Positions 15,598 to 24,377 of a stretch of DNA of 49,410 bases are shown piece after piece (positions within the stretch are counted from its first letter, which is position 1; every line of letters starts with the position of its first letter). The DNA is from an uncultured Clostridia bacterium. GTDB taxonomy: Bacteria; Bacillota; Clostridia; TANB77; CAG-508. A program made the translations under genes and the position numbers. The stretch lies in assembly GCA_944392635.1 (NCBI GenBank), contig CALXXH010000001.1:1-49410 (forward strand), read 5' to 3'. The notes below the pieces were generated by a model. It did no database searches. It was not told the DNA's origin and worked only from the letters and a program-made list of their open reading frames with translations.

Positions 15598-16935
15598 ATG
15601 GAAAGATTAAAAAGAAAAATTGATGATTATCTTATAGAATGGAAAAAAAATAAAAACAGATTACCTTTAATAATAAAAGGTGCAAGACAAATAGGAAAAA
15701 CAAATGCCATTAGACACTTTGGAAATAATAACTATACAACATTTATTGAAATAAACTTTGCACTTCAACCACAATTCAAAACAATATTTGAAGAAGGTTT
15801 TGAAGTTGACAATATAATAAAAAATATAACATTAAAAATGCCGGAACTTGAATTAAATGAATATGATACACTAATATTTTTTGATGAAATGCAAGACTGT
15901 GTAAGCACAGCAACTTCCTTAAAATCATTTCGAGAAGATGGCAGATATGATGTTATTTGTTCAGGCTCTTTAATGGGAATTAATTATAAAGAAATCGAAT
16001 CTAATAGTGTTGGTAATAAAGAAGACTATATCATGAATTCCTTAGATTTTGAAGAATTTTTATGGGCAAAAGGTTATAGCAATGAGCAAATTAATGATTT
16101 ATATAAACATATGATAGAATTAAAACCTCTAAGTAATACACAATATGATGTCATGATGTCAAATTTTAAAGACTATATGATAGTAGGAGGAATGCCTGCT
16201 ATAGTAAGTAGATTTATTGAAAACAAAAATTTCAGTGGTATTTTAAAAATGCAACAACAAATTTTATTGGATTATGAAGAAGATATAACAAAATATGCAG
16301 GTGGTTTAGATAAAACAAAAATATTGAACTGTTATAGAAAAATACCTGTATTTTTAGGAAATGAAAATAAAAAATTTCAAATATCAAAAATTGCTGATGG
16401 TGCAAGAAACAGAGAATATGTAGGAATCATTGAATGGCTTGCAAATGCTGGAATTGTAAATATTTCTTATGCAATGGAACAAGCATGTCTTCCATTAAAA
16501 GGAAACTATAACCCTGATAATTATAGACTATATTTTGCGGATACTGGATTATTAATTGGCTCTTTAGATGAGGAAGTTCAATATGATTTAAGAAATAACG
16601 AAAATATGAATACATATAAAGGAGCTATATATGAAAATATTATAAGTGATATGCTAGTAAAAGAAGGATATAATTTATATTTTTATAAAAATGATAGTAA
16701 AAAAGTCGAAATGGATTTCATGGTAAGAGATAAAAATTCTTTAATTCCTATTGAAGTTAAAGCAAATAATAATGCAACAATTTCACTTAATAACTTAATA
16801 AATAATAACTTATATAAAGATATTAAATATGGTATAAAATTATGCAATAAAAATATAGGATTTAATGGGAAATTTTATACTTTTCCATATTTTCTAACAT
16901 TTTTGTTAAAAAAGTTTTTAAAAGAAAAAAACTAA
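15598..16935 (+). CDS. COG1373-type AAA+ ATPase with C-terminal PD-(D/E)xK-like domain (AAA_14 + DUF4143 architecture)
   Basis: Walker A GARQIGKT, Walker B LIFFDEMQ, C-terminal EMDFMV...IPIEVKA nuclease-like motif; 445 aa. Confidence 0.85.
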   Translation: MERLKRKIDDYLIEWKKNKNRLPLIIKGARQIGKTNAIRHFGNNNYTTFIEINFALQPQFKTIFEEGFEVDNIIKNITLKMPELELNEYDTLIFFDEMQDCVSTATSLKSFREDGRYDVICSGSLMGINYKEIESNSVGNKEDYIMNSLDFEEFLWAKGYSNEQINDLYKHMIELKPLSNTQYDVMMSNFKDYMIVGGMPAIVSRFIENKNFSGILKMQQQILLDYEEDITKYAGGLDKTKILNCYRKIPVFLGNENKKFQISKIADGARNREYVGIIEWLANAGIVNISYAMEQACLPLKGNYNPDNYRLYFADTGLLIGSLDEEVQYDLRNNENMNTYKGAIYENIISDMLVKEGYNLYFYKNDSKKVEMDFMVRDKNSLIPIEVKANNNATISLNNLINNNLYKDIKYGIKLCNKNIGFNGKFYTFPYFLTFLLKKFLKEKN

Positions 16936-16937
16936 AA

Positions 16938-16983
16938 ATAGCTGAGATTAAAAGCTTTTACTTCTAATCTCAGCTATTTTTTT
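16938..16983. terminator. Rho-independent terminator (bidirectional)
   Basis: 13-bp stem ATAGCTGAGATTA (16938-16950) / TAATCTCAGCTAT (16965-16977), followed by T7. Confidence 0.7.
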
Positions 16984-17000
16984 AATTCACTAATAATATA

Positions 17001-18251
17001 CTAATCTAAATGATAATATTTCTTATATAATTCTCTTGCAGTTTTAGGGCAATCAACTCCAGCTGAATCTGCATTTTTAACAGGTGCAAACTCTTCTTCT
17101 CTTTTTACCCTTAAAACAGCCATATCATCTACACTTCCAAAAGCATCAAACAAAAATGCTTCAAACTTATATGCATTAGGCGAATCTGGAACAACAATAT
17201 TTCCATCCTTGTCCATATATGTTGCCTTTTTATATGCCACATGATATGGTAATGGATTTGCTCCCATTCTTTCAATAGCATCTACACTAAATAAATTACA
17301 AAGAATATGTGATTCACCATACAATAATTCTCCATTTTCATCTGTTGCCTCTGCCATATCTTCAGTTATTTCTGAATACTCTATTACATTTGGTTTTCCG
17401 TTTCTTTTACAAAATACTCCTACTTTTTCATGAGGATTAGCTTTTACAACTGACTTACAAGCAACCGTAACATTTCTATCTATAGCAATTCCCATAAGTA
17501 CAGGGTCAACCATTTTTACTAAGCAATTATCAACTCCACCAATAAATACCCATTCAATTCCCATATGTCTCATTATTTTAGTCATACCGTTTTTTACTAA
17601 AGACTCATATATTCCTCCATGTCCATCTGCTGCTTGTTTAATTAAACCATCTTCACCAATTAAAATCTTACCTTCTGTATCTACCATTGGTAACTCACCT
17701 TGGATAAAGAAAAATATATTTTTATTATTTTGGTATCCAAAAAATTTATGCTTCTCAAAAAATTCAATAGTTGCCTTGTTATTTTCTCTACTAGTCATAA
17801 TGAACCAAGGAATAGTAACACCATACTTATTTCCTTCTTCTTTTAAATTATCTGCTAACAACTCAAATAAAGACTTATGAGAATCCAAACCTATATCAAA
17901 TGTTCCCTTTGGACCATTATGTCCTAATCTTGTTCCTTGACCACCTGCCATAGTTACAGCTGCAAGTTTTCCTTCTTTTATTGCTTTTTTACCAATATTC
18001 TCATAATATTTATACATATCATTCAATTTATATTTATCTAAATAATCAATTGGAGTTATCTCATCTTCTTGTTTTTTAGGCTCTTTATCTGTATTTTTAT
18101 ATAAACTATTAATTAGTTCAAAATTAATTTCATTAATTTGCTCCAATAATTCCTTCTTATGCTTTTCATCTAAACTATCATAATGATTTAATAAGTGTTC
18201 TTGTCCATATTTTTTTAAAATAGCTTTTGCTTCTTCTGCTTTTCTATCCAT
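17001..18251 (-). CDS. UDP-sugar / UDP-N-acetylglucosamine pyrophosphorylase (UDPGP type 1 family)
   Basis: MAGGQGTRLG nucleotide-binding loop and family-typical layout; 416 aa. Confidence 0.85.
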   Translation of the reverse strand: MDRKAEEAKAILKKYGQEHLLNHYDSLDEKHKKELLEQINEINFELINSLYKNTDKEPKKQEDEITPIDYLDKYKLNDMYKYYENIGKKAIKEGKLAAVTMAGGQGTRLGHNGPKGTFDIGLDSHKSLFELLADNLKEEGNKYGVTIPWFIMTSRENNKATIEFFEKHKFFGYQNNKNIFFFIQGELPMVDTEGKILIGEDGLIKQAADGHGGIYESLVKNGMTKIMRHMGIEWVFIGGVDNCLVKMVDPVLMGIAIDRNVTVACKSVVKANPHEKVGVFCKRNGKPNVIEYSEITEDMAEATDENGELLYGESHILCNLFSVDAIERMGANPLPYHVAYKKATYMDKDGNIVVPDSPNAYKFEAFLFDAFGSVDDMAVLRVKREEEFAPVKNADSAGVDCPKTARELYKKYYHLD

Positions 18252-18349
18252 GTTAATCTCCCTTTCAAAGTAAAATAATCCTGCCTATTATTTATACACT
18301 ATTTTAAAAAAATTATCAACACTTTCACAATAATTTTACATTTCTACTA

Positions 18350-18823
18350 TTAAGAAATATCCGTTTCTCCTGATGTTTTTAATATTTTATTATAACTTTT
18401 CATTAATTCATCAACTTTATCTGCCACTTCTTCAATATTATAACAATCAATAACTTTAAAATTCTTTCTATTCTTTTCCCATTTTTCCAAATTTAAATTT
18501 GCATTCTTAATATAATTTTCATTACCTTTAACAAAAATTGTAGTTTCAATATCATTTTCTAAATTATATTTAATCTTTCTAAACTTCTTTAAATCATCAT
18601 TCTCCCAGTCTAAACCTATTATTTGTTTCTTTCTACTCTCATTAAAATTCATTTTTGACAATAAAACTTTTATAGTTTCTTCTAAATTATTCTCCGTTAA
18701 TATTATTACATCTCTTTTTTCCTCCAAATTCTTATAAACACATGGCAAAGTTATCATTTCAAAATGATAATCACTAGCATAAAATGCACAAATTTTTTCT
18801 TTTGTAACTAAATTACTACTCAT
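18350..18823 (-). CDS. Hypothetical protein (157 aa)
   Basis: ORF with a GAAAGGATGA SD and its own strong promoter; no recognisable motif. Confidence 0.6.
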   Translation of the reverse strand: MSSNLVTKEKICAFYASDYHFEMITLPCVYKNLEEKRDVIILTENNLEETIKVLLSKMNFNESRKKQIIGLDWENDDLKKFRKIKYNLENDIETTIFVKGNENYIKNANLNLEKWEKNRKNFKVIDCYNIEEVADKVDELMKSYNKILKTSGETDIS

Positions 18824-18906
18824 AAAAACATCATCCTTTCAATCTTTTGTAAAACATCTTTAAAACATACGGAAACCATTCTTTTCTCATTTCTGCTTAC
18901 TGGTAA

Positions 18907-18935
18907 ATTTTACCATTTCTTTACAAATATGTCAA
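18907..18935 (-). promoter_or_regulatory. Sigma-A-type promoter of 18350-18823
   Basis: Minus strand TTGACA (18935-18930), 17 nt, TGgTAAAAT (extended -10, hexamer 18912-18907). Confidence 0.55.
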
Positions 18936-19049
18936 GAATATTTCAAATAAATTTCATCGACTTTTTTCGCAAAATGTATAAAAAATCCTAAATTGTCAAT
19001 AATGAATTATATAGAATAATTTTCAAAAAAAGTTTTTAGGAGGTAACTT

Positions 19050-19715
19050 ATGAAAAAAATATTAAGTTTTATTAAAAATCCCAAGGTAAAAATGGTAATA
19101 ATTTTAAGTTTTCTACTATTTATATATACATCAATTTGTGCAATTTCATATGCACAAAATATATCAACAGATATTGCAGACAGCGTTTTTCGTTTACATG
19201 TAATTGCAAATAGTGATAGTAAAGAAGATCAAGATTTAAAATATATTGTAAGAGATAATTTACTTTCATATATGAATGAAATATGCAGTAATTGTGAAAC
19301 AAAACAAGAAGCAATAAATATTGTTACTGAAAATAAAGATAAATTTGAAGAAATTGCAAAATCAACAATTAAAGAACAAGGTTTTTCATATGATGTAAAA
19401 ATAAACATTGGAAATTTTGAATTTCCCACAAAAAATTATGGAGATATTTTACTTCCAGCAGGATACTATGATGCACTTCGTGTAGAAATAGGTGAAGCAA
19501 AAGGTCAAAATTGGTGGTGTGTAATGTTTCCTCCACTATGCTTTGTAGATGTAACTTCAGGAGTTGTTCCAGAAGAATCAAAAGAAGTTATGGAAGAAAA
19601 TTTAAGTGAAGAAGAATTCGCTCTAGTTTCTGATTCTTCTAATGATGAATTACAATTCAAATTTAAATTAATAGAATTTTTCCAAGAACATGGTCTACTT
19701 ACTGCAAAAAAATAG
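19050..19715 (+). CDS. spoIIR: Stage II sporulation protein R
   Basis: Signal-anchor plus FRLHVIANSDSKEDQDLKYIVRDNLL and NWWCVMFPPLCF motifs typical of SpoIIR. Confidence 0.85.
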   Translation: MKKILSFIKNPKVKMVIILSFLLFIYTSICAISYAQNISTDIADSVFRLHVIANSDSKEDQDLKYIVRDNLLSYMNEICSNCETKQEAINIVTENKDKFEEIAKSTIKEQGFSYDVKINIGNFEFPTKNYGDILLPAGYYDALRVEIGEAKGQNWWCVMFPPLCFVDVTSGVVPEESKEVMEENLSEEEFALVSDSSNDELQFKFKLIEFFQEHGLLTAKK

Positions 19716-19754
19716 TTGCATTAATTTAAAGTTTATGTTATATTTTATTGTGAA

Positions 19755-19784
19755 ATAGAGTGTAATTAAATACACTCTATTTTG
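19755..19784 (+). terminator. Rho-independent terminator after spoIIR
   Basis: ATAGAGTGTA (19755-19764) pairs with TACACTCTAT (19771-19780), then TTTT. Confidence 0.6.
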
Positions 19785-19863
19785 CTAAAATTAATTATAT
19801 AGAATTTTTTGAAACAAGCTTTATATAATATATAAAAATATTGAATTCATGGGGGTAATTTAA

Positions 19864-21123
19864 TTGGAAAAATTAGTAATAAAAGGACCAACACCTTTAA
19901 AAGGTGAAGTAACAATAAGTGGAGCAAAAAACGCAGCAGTAGCAATTCTACCAGCTACACTTTTAATTGATGGAACTTGTACAATAGAAAATTTACCAAA
20001 TATTAGTGATATAAAAATCTCTTGTGAAATATTAGAACATTTAGGTGCAAAAATAACATGGAATAGTGAACACAGTATAACAATTGACACATCTAATATT
20101 ACAACAACAAAAGCACCATTAGATTTAACTAGCAAATTTAGAGCATCATATTATATAATTGGCGCTATGCTTGGTAGAAAAGGTGAAATTGAAGTAGGTA
20201 TGCCTGGTGGATGTAAATTAGGAGCAAGACCAATTGACCAACATATAAAAGGATTTGAAACATTAGGTGCAAATGTAAGTGTTGAAAAAGGAAAAATATA
20301 TGCAAAAGCCAAAAAATTAAAAGGTGCTCCAATATATATGGATATCGTATCTGTAGGTGCAACTATAAATGTAATGCTTGCAAGTGTTTTAGCTAAAGGA
20401 ACTACAACTATAGATAACGCAGCTAAAGAACCACACATAGTTGATGTTGCAAACTTCTTAAATACAATGGGTGCTGATATTAGAGGTGCAGGTACAGATG
20501 TAATAAAAATAAATGGTGTTGAAAAATTACATGGTGGTAGCACATATAGTGTTGTACCAGATCAAATAGAAGCCGGAACATTCATGCTTGCAGCAGTTGC
20601 AACAAGAGGAGATTTAACATTAAAAAATTGTATTACAAAACACTTAGAATCAATTACAGCAAAAATTATTGAAGTAGGTGGAAATGTAGAAGATAATGGT
20701 GATAGTATTCGTGTTTGGTGTAGCAAAAGACCAAATAAAGCAAATATAAAAACATTGCCATACCCAGGATTCCCAACAGACTTGCAACCACAAATGGGTG
20801 TAGTTTTATCACTTGCAAATGGTACAAGTGTAATTAACGAAAGTATTTGGGAATCTAGATTCCAATATACAGAAGAATTAAATAAAATGGGAGCAAGAAT
20901 AACAGCACAAGGAAAAACAGCATTTTTTGAAGGTGTAAAAAAATTATACGGTGCACCTGTTTATTCAAGTGACCTAAGAGCAGGTGCTGCATTAGTAGTT
21001 GCAGGAACTGCAGCAGAAGGAATAACAGAAGTATATAATCTAGAACACATAGATAGAGGCTATGAAAATATAGAAGAAAAATTTAGAAAACTTGGAGCAA
21101 AAATCGAGAGGGTTAAAGAGTAA
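19864..21123 (+). CDS. murA: UDP-N-acetylglucosamine 1-carboxyvinyltransferase
   Basis: TTG start after GGGGGT. ISGAKNAAVAILPA, active-site PGGCKLGARPIDQH; 419 aa. Confidence 0.92.
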   Translation: MEKLVIKGPTPLKGEVTISGAKNAAVAILPATLLIDGTCTIENLPNISDIKISCEILEHLGAKITWNSEHSITIDTSNITTTKAPLDLTSKFRASYYIIGAMLGRKGEIEVGMPGGCKLGARPIDQHIKGFETLGANVSVEKGKIYAKAKKLKGAPIYMDIVSVGATINVMLASVLAKGTTTIDNAAKEPHIVDVANFLNTMGADIRGAGTDVIKINGVEKLHGGSTYSVVPDQIEAGTFMLAAVATRGDLTLKNCITKHLESITAKIIEVGGNVEDNGDSIRVWCSKRPNKANIKTLPYPGFPTDLQPQMGVVLSLANGTSVINESIWESRFQYTEELNKMGARITAQGKTAFFEGVKKLYGAPVYSSDLRAGAALVVAGTAAEGITEVYNLEHIDRGYENIEEKFRKLGAKIERVKE

Positions 21124-21153
21124 CTTTCTATACATTAAATAACAAAGGATAGG

Positions 21154-21951
21154 ATGAATAAAATGTTTAATTTTTGTAGTTTATATAGTGGAAGTAGTGG
21201 AAACAGTTTATTTATAGAAACACAAAATACAAAATTACTAGTAGATGCAGGAGTAAGTAGCAAAAAAATAGAAACAGCTTTAAATGATATAAATATAGAC
21301 CCAAACACACTTGATGGAATATTAATAACACATGAACATACAGACCATGTACAAGGTTTAGGAACATTATCAAAAAAATTCGACTTACCTGTATTTGTAA
21401 ATCAAGAAACATTAGATGCAATGCCAAAACAAAGAGATAAAATTGCAGAAAAAAATATAAAAACTTTTAAAGTAACAGACAAATTTGAAATTGGAGATTT
21501 AGAAATCAAACCATTTTCAATACCACATGATGCTGCAAACCCATGTGGATTCAACATTTGGAAGGATAACAAAAAAATCAGTATAGCAACAGATATAGGA
21601 CATATGACAAACCCAATATTAAAAAACTTAGAAGAAAGTTTATTTATAATGTTAGAAGCAAACTATGACCCAGAAGTTTTACGTTGCTCATCATATCCAT
21701 TTACACTAAAATCAAGAATCGCAGGACCTACTGGACATTTACCAAATGAAATTGCAGGAAAAACAATATCTTATTTACTAAAATCTGGTCTAAAAAATGC
21801 AATGTTAGGACATCTAAGTAAAGAAAGTAATTTTCCAGAACTTGCATATCAAACAGTAATGGATGAATTAATTTCTAATAATTATGAAGAAAATTCTTTA
21901 CAATTAAGTGTTGCAAGTAGAGATGTACATAGTAAAATTATTAATATCTAA
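21154..21951 (+). CDS. MBL-fold metallo-hydrolase (YycJ/WalJ-like)
   Basis: THEHTDH motif; 265 aa; conserved position upstream of rlmH. Confidence 0.85.
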   Translation: MNKMFNFCSLYSGSSGNSLFIETQNTKLLVDAGVSSKKIETALNDINIDPNTLDGILITHEHTDHVQGLGTLSKKFDLPVFVNQETLDAMPKQRDKIAEKNIKTFKVTDKFEIGDLEIKPFSIPHDAANPCGFNIWKDNKKISIATDIGHMTNPILKNLEESLFIMLEANYDPEVLRCSSYPFTLKSRIAGPTGHLPNEIAGKTISYLLKSGLKNAMLGHLSKESNFPELAYQTVMDELISNNYEENSLQLSVASRDVHSKIINI

Positions 21952-21976
21952 TGTCAAAAATTTTTGGAGAACTAAA

Positions 21977-22456
21977 ATGCTAAATATACAAATAATATGT
22001 ATTGGAAAAATAAAAGAAAAATATCTAAAAGATGCAATAAATGAATATAGTAAAAGACTTTCTAAATATTGTAAATTAGAAATATTAGAACTTCCTGATG
22101 AAAAAATTCCAGACAAATTAAGTGAAAAATTAATTGACGAAATTAAAGAAAAGGAATGTTCTAATATTATAAGCCATTTCAAAAAAGACTCATATAAAAT
22201 TGCTCTTGATTTAAAAGGAAAACAATTATCTTCTGTAGATTTTTCAAAAAAATTAGAAGATATATCTTTAATAAATAGCAATATAACATTTATAATTGGT
22301 GGTTCACTTGGATTAAATGAAAATCTATTAACTACTTGTCAAGAAAAAATATGCTTTTCAAAAATGACATTTCCTCACCAATTAATAAGAGTATTTTTAC
22401 TTGAACAAATCTTTAGAGGTTTCAAAATTTCAAACAATGAAACCTATCATAGATAA
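21977..22456 (+). CDS. rlmH: 23S rRNA (pseudouridine1915-N3)-methyltransferase
   Basis: MLNIQIICIGKIKEKYLKDAINEYSKRL..., SPOUT C-terminus; 159 aa from ATG 21977. The ORF-track start at 21908 overlaps the upstream gene. Confidence 0.9.
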   Translation: MLNIQIICIGKIKEKYLKDAINEYSKRLSKYCKLEILELPDEKIPDKLSEKLIDEIKEKECSNIISHFKKDSYKIALDLKGKQLSSVDFSKKLEDISLINSNITFIIGGSLGLNENLLTTCQEKICFSKMTFPHQLIRVFLLEQIFRGFKISNNETYHR

Positions 22457-22464
22457 TATATATT

Positions 22465-22550
22465 TTTTGTAGAGAAAATGGATAAAACTTTTATATAGGG
22501 GCTTGAACAAAATAGGAAGTTTTAATTATGGGGGTATTTTCTCTACAAAA
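22465..22550. other. Long nested hairpin / 15-bp perfect inverted repeat
   Basis: TTTTGTAGAGAAAAT (22465-22479) pairs with ATTTTCTCTACAAAA (22536-22550). Inner stem AAAACTT (22484-22490) / AAGTTTT (22517-22523). No U-run on either strand. Confidence 0.4.
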
Positions 22551-22615
22551 CCTAATAACTTTAATTTTTTTAAATCAAAAATATTAAAATTAATAATAAT
22601 TTATATTAATTTTAT

Positions 22616-22735
22616 TTAATCATTTAACTTTAAGTCTCTTTTTATAGATTTTAACAATTTTTTTGATAATTTACGAATTATAATCTCCCTGATTGTAAAA
22701 AATAAGATTATAAACAATAATATTTTAAAAAACAT
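22616..22735 (-). CDS. Unannotated small hydrophobic/basic peptide (39 aa), toxin-like
   Basis: ATG 22735 lies 7 nt after AAAGGA. MFFKILLFIILFFTIREIIIRKLSKKLLKSIKRDLKLND. Driven by a consensus promoter. Confidence 0.4.
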   Translation of the reverse strand: MFFKILLFIILFFTIREIIIRKLSKKLLKSIKRDLKLND

Positions 22736-22765
22736 AGTTTGTCCTTTTTGATATAATTTTTAAAT

Positions 22766-22794
22766 ATTATACAGCAATTGGAAATATTTGTCAA
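22766..22794 (-). promoter_or_regulatory. Consensus sigma-A promoter immediately downstream of spmB
   Basis: Minus strand TTGACA (22794-22789), 17 nt, TATAAT (22771-22766). Confidence 0.6.
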
Positions 22795-22802
22795 TAAGAA
22801 TT

Positions 22803-23330
22803 TTATGACAAAAATCGACAAACAACTACACTTGTAATTATCCCAACTATATCAGCAGTAAGAGCAGCAAGCAGAATAAATCTAGTTTTCTTAATCTTCA
22901 CACAACTAGTATAAACAGCAATAGTATATAAAGTTGTTTCTGTTGACCCCATTATAACAGATGCCATCATTCCTAACTCAGTATCAGTCCCATAATTAGT
23001 CATAATATCAGTTGCAATAGCAATAGAACTACTACCAGAAATTGGTCTTAGCATTGCAAGTGGCATAAGTTCTGTTGGGAAATTAATCATACTAAGTATT
23101 GGATTTAAAATTCTTATTATAATATCAAGTATTCCAGAACTTCTAAGAGCACCAATTGCAACAAACAAACCAATTAAAGTTGGAAAAATACTAAGTACTA
23201 TTCCAATTCCCTCTTTTGCTCCATCTAAAAAGTCATCAAAAACTTTTCTTTTTTCTTTTAAACCATAGATAACTATTATTAAAATAATTAATGGCATTGC
23301 CAAATTTGAAACAAAATTTAAAAACTGCAC
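22803..23330 (-). CDS. spmB: Spore maturation protein B
   Basis: 175-aa polytopic nucleoside-recognition/Gate-domain protein directly downstream of spmA. Confidence 0.85.
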   Translation of the reverse strand: MQFLNFVSNLAMPLIILIIVIYGLKEKRKVFDDFLDGAKEGIGIVLSIFPTLIGLFVAIGALRSSGILDIIIRILNPILSMINFPTELMPLAMLRPISGSSSIAIATDIMTNYGTDTELGMMASVIMGSTETTLYTIAVYTSCVKIKKTRFILLAALTADIVGIITSVVVCRFLS

Positions 23331-23333
23331 GCA

Positions 23334-23933
23334 CTACTTCCCTCTTTTCTTAGTTACTTTTATCAATATTTTAACAGCAATAATTCCACAAATAGCTGCA
23401 CAAATAGTTGCAATCCAAACTGGAAAAACAATAGATGTAGGATTTGCAGAACCTAAAGAATTTCTTATAGCAATTACTGTAGTTGGAATAATTTGAATAG
23501 AAGCTGTATTAATTACTATAAACATTGCCATTGAATCAGACAAAACATCTTTATCCTCATTTTCTTCTTGCATAGACTTCATTGCTTTAAGACCTAATGG
23601 TGTAGCAGCATTTCCAAGTCCCAAAATATTTGCTATCATATTCATGGAAATTTCTTTTTGTATTTTTGGTTTTTTCTTCAAATCCGGAAATAAATAACGA
23701 ATTATAGGTCTTAAAAAAGAAGTTAATTTATCTATTACAGTTGTTTTACTTGCTATTTGCATTATTCCATTCCATAAACATATTGTTCCCAACAGATTAA
23801 TTGACAATTTTATAGCATTTTCTAGACTACTAAATATTTCTGCATTTAATGAATTTAAATTTCCAAAAAAAATTGCGTAAGAAAATGATATTATTATAAA
23901 AATTGGCCAAACTATATTTAACATGGTTATCAC
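23334..23933 (-). CDS. spmA: Spore maturation protein A
   Basis: 199-aa polytopic Gate-domain protein paired with spmB. Confidence 0.85.
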   Translation of the reverse strand: MITMLNIVWPIFIIISFSYAIFFGNLNSLNAEIFSSLENAIKLSINLLGTICLWNGIMQIASKTTVIDKLTSFLRPIIRYLFPDLKKKPKIQKEISMNMIANILGLGNAATPLGLKAMKSMQEENEDKDVLSDSMAMFIVINTASIQIIPTTVIAIRNSLGSANPTSIVFPVWIATICAAICGIIAVKILIKVTKKRGK

Positions 23934-23976
23934 CTAAATAATTTTATGCAAAACTTGACTTTTTATTACAATATAA

Positions 23977-24018
23977 TTGACCTTACATGTTATTTATGAT
24001 ATATTAGATATGTAAGGA
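23977..24018 (+). promoter_or_regulatory. abrB promoter with flanking inverted repeat
   Basis: TTGACC (23977-23982), 17 nt, TGaTATATT (hexamer 24000-24005). CCTTACAT (23981-23988) and ATGTAAGG (24011-24018) bracket the -10. Confidence 0.5.
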
Positions 24019-24053
24019 TTGTAAACTATAACTTTTAAGGAGGATTCGGGGTT

Positions 24054-24320
24054 ATGAAATCAACTGGAATTATTAGAAGAGTAGATGAACTAGGGCGTGT
24101 AGTTATCCCTATTGAAATAAGAAATCAATTTAATATAGCTGAAAAAGATCCTATAGAAATATATGTAGATGGCTCATCTATTATCTTAAAAAAATTTGAA
24201 CCAAACTGTATATTCTGTGGTAACACAAAGGACTTATATGAATATGAGGGAAAACTAATATGCAAAAAATGTTCTAATAAAATTTCAAAATTAAATGAAC
24301 AAGATAATAAAGACAACTAA
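24054..24320 (+). CDS. abrB: Transition-state regulator AbrB (clostridial type with C-terminal Cys motif)
   Basis: MKSTGIIRRVDELGRVVIPIEIRNQFNIAEKDPIEIYVDGSSIILKKFEPNCIFCG...CKKC. Confidence 0.85.
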   Translation: MKSTGIIRRVDELGRVVIPIEIRNQFNIAEKDPIEIYVDGSSIILKKFEPNCIFCGNTKDLYEYEGKLICKKCSNKISKLNEQDNKDN

Positions 24321-24324
24321 AAAT

Positions 24325-24369
24325 AAAAAGAGATTAAAATAGCCTAAAAACTGTATTTAACCTCTTTTT
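24325..24369. terminator. Bidirectional terminator between abrB and rsmI
   Basis: AAAAAGAGATTAAA (24325-24338) pairs with TTTAACCTCTTTTT (24356-24369), one mismatch. Confidence 0.55.
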
Positions 24370-24377
24370 ATTTTGCT

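Noticed and set aside
18990-19030. Sigma-F-type promoter upstream of spoIIR (TGTATA-15-TCAATAATGA)
   Set aside because: The -35-like element is plausible, but the -10 lacks the GG of the sigma-F consensus as I remember it. The match is too weak to annotate from sequence alone.
21908-21976. N-terminal 23-aa extension of rlmH given by the ORF track
   Set aside because: The extension overlaps the end of the upstream MBL-fold gene and has no SD. ATG 21977 follows GGAGAACTAAA and gives the canonical 159-aa RlmH.
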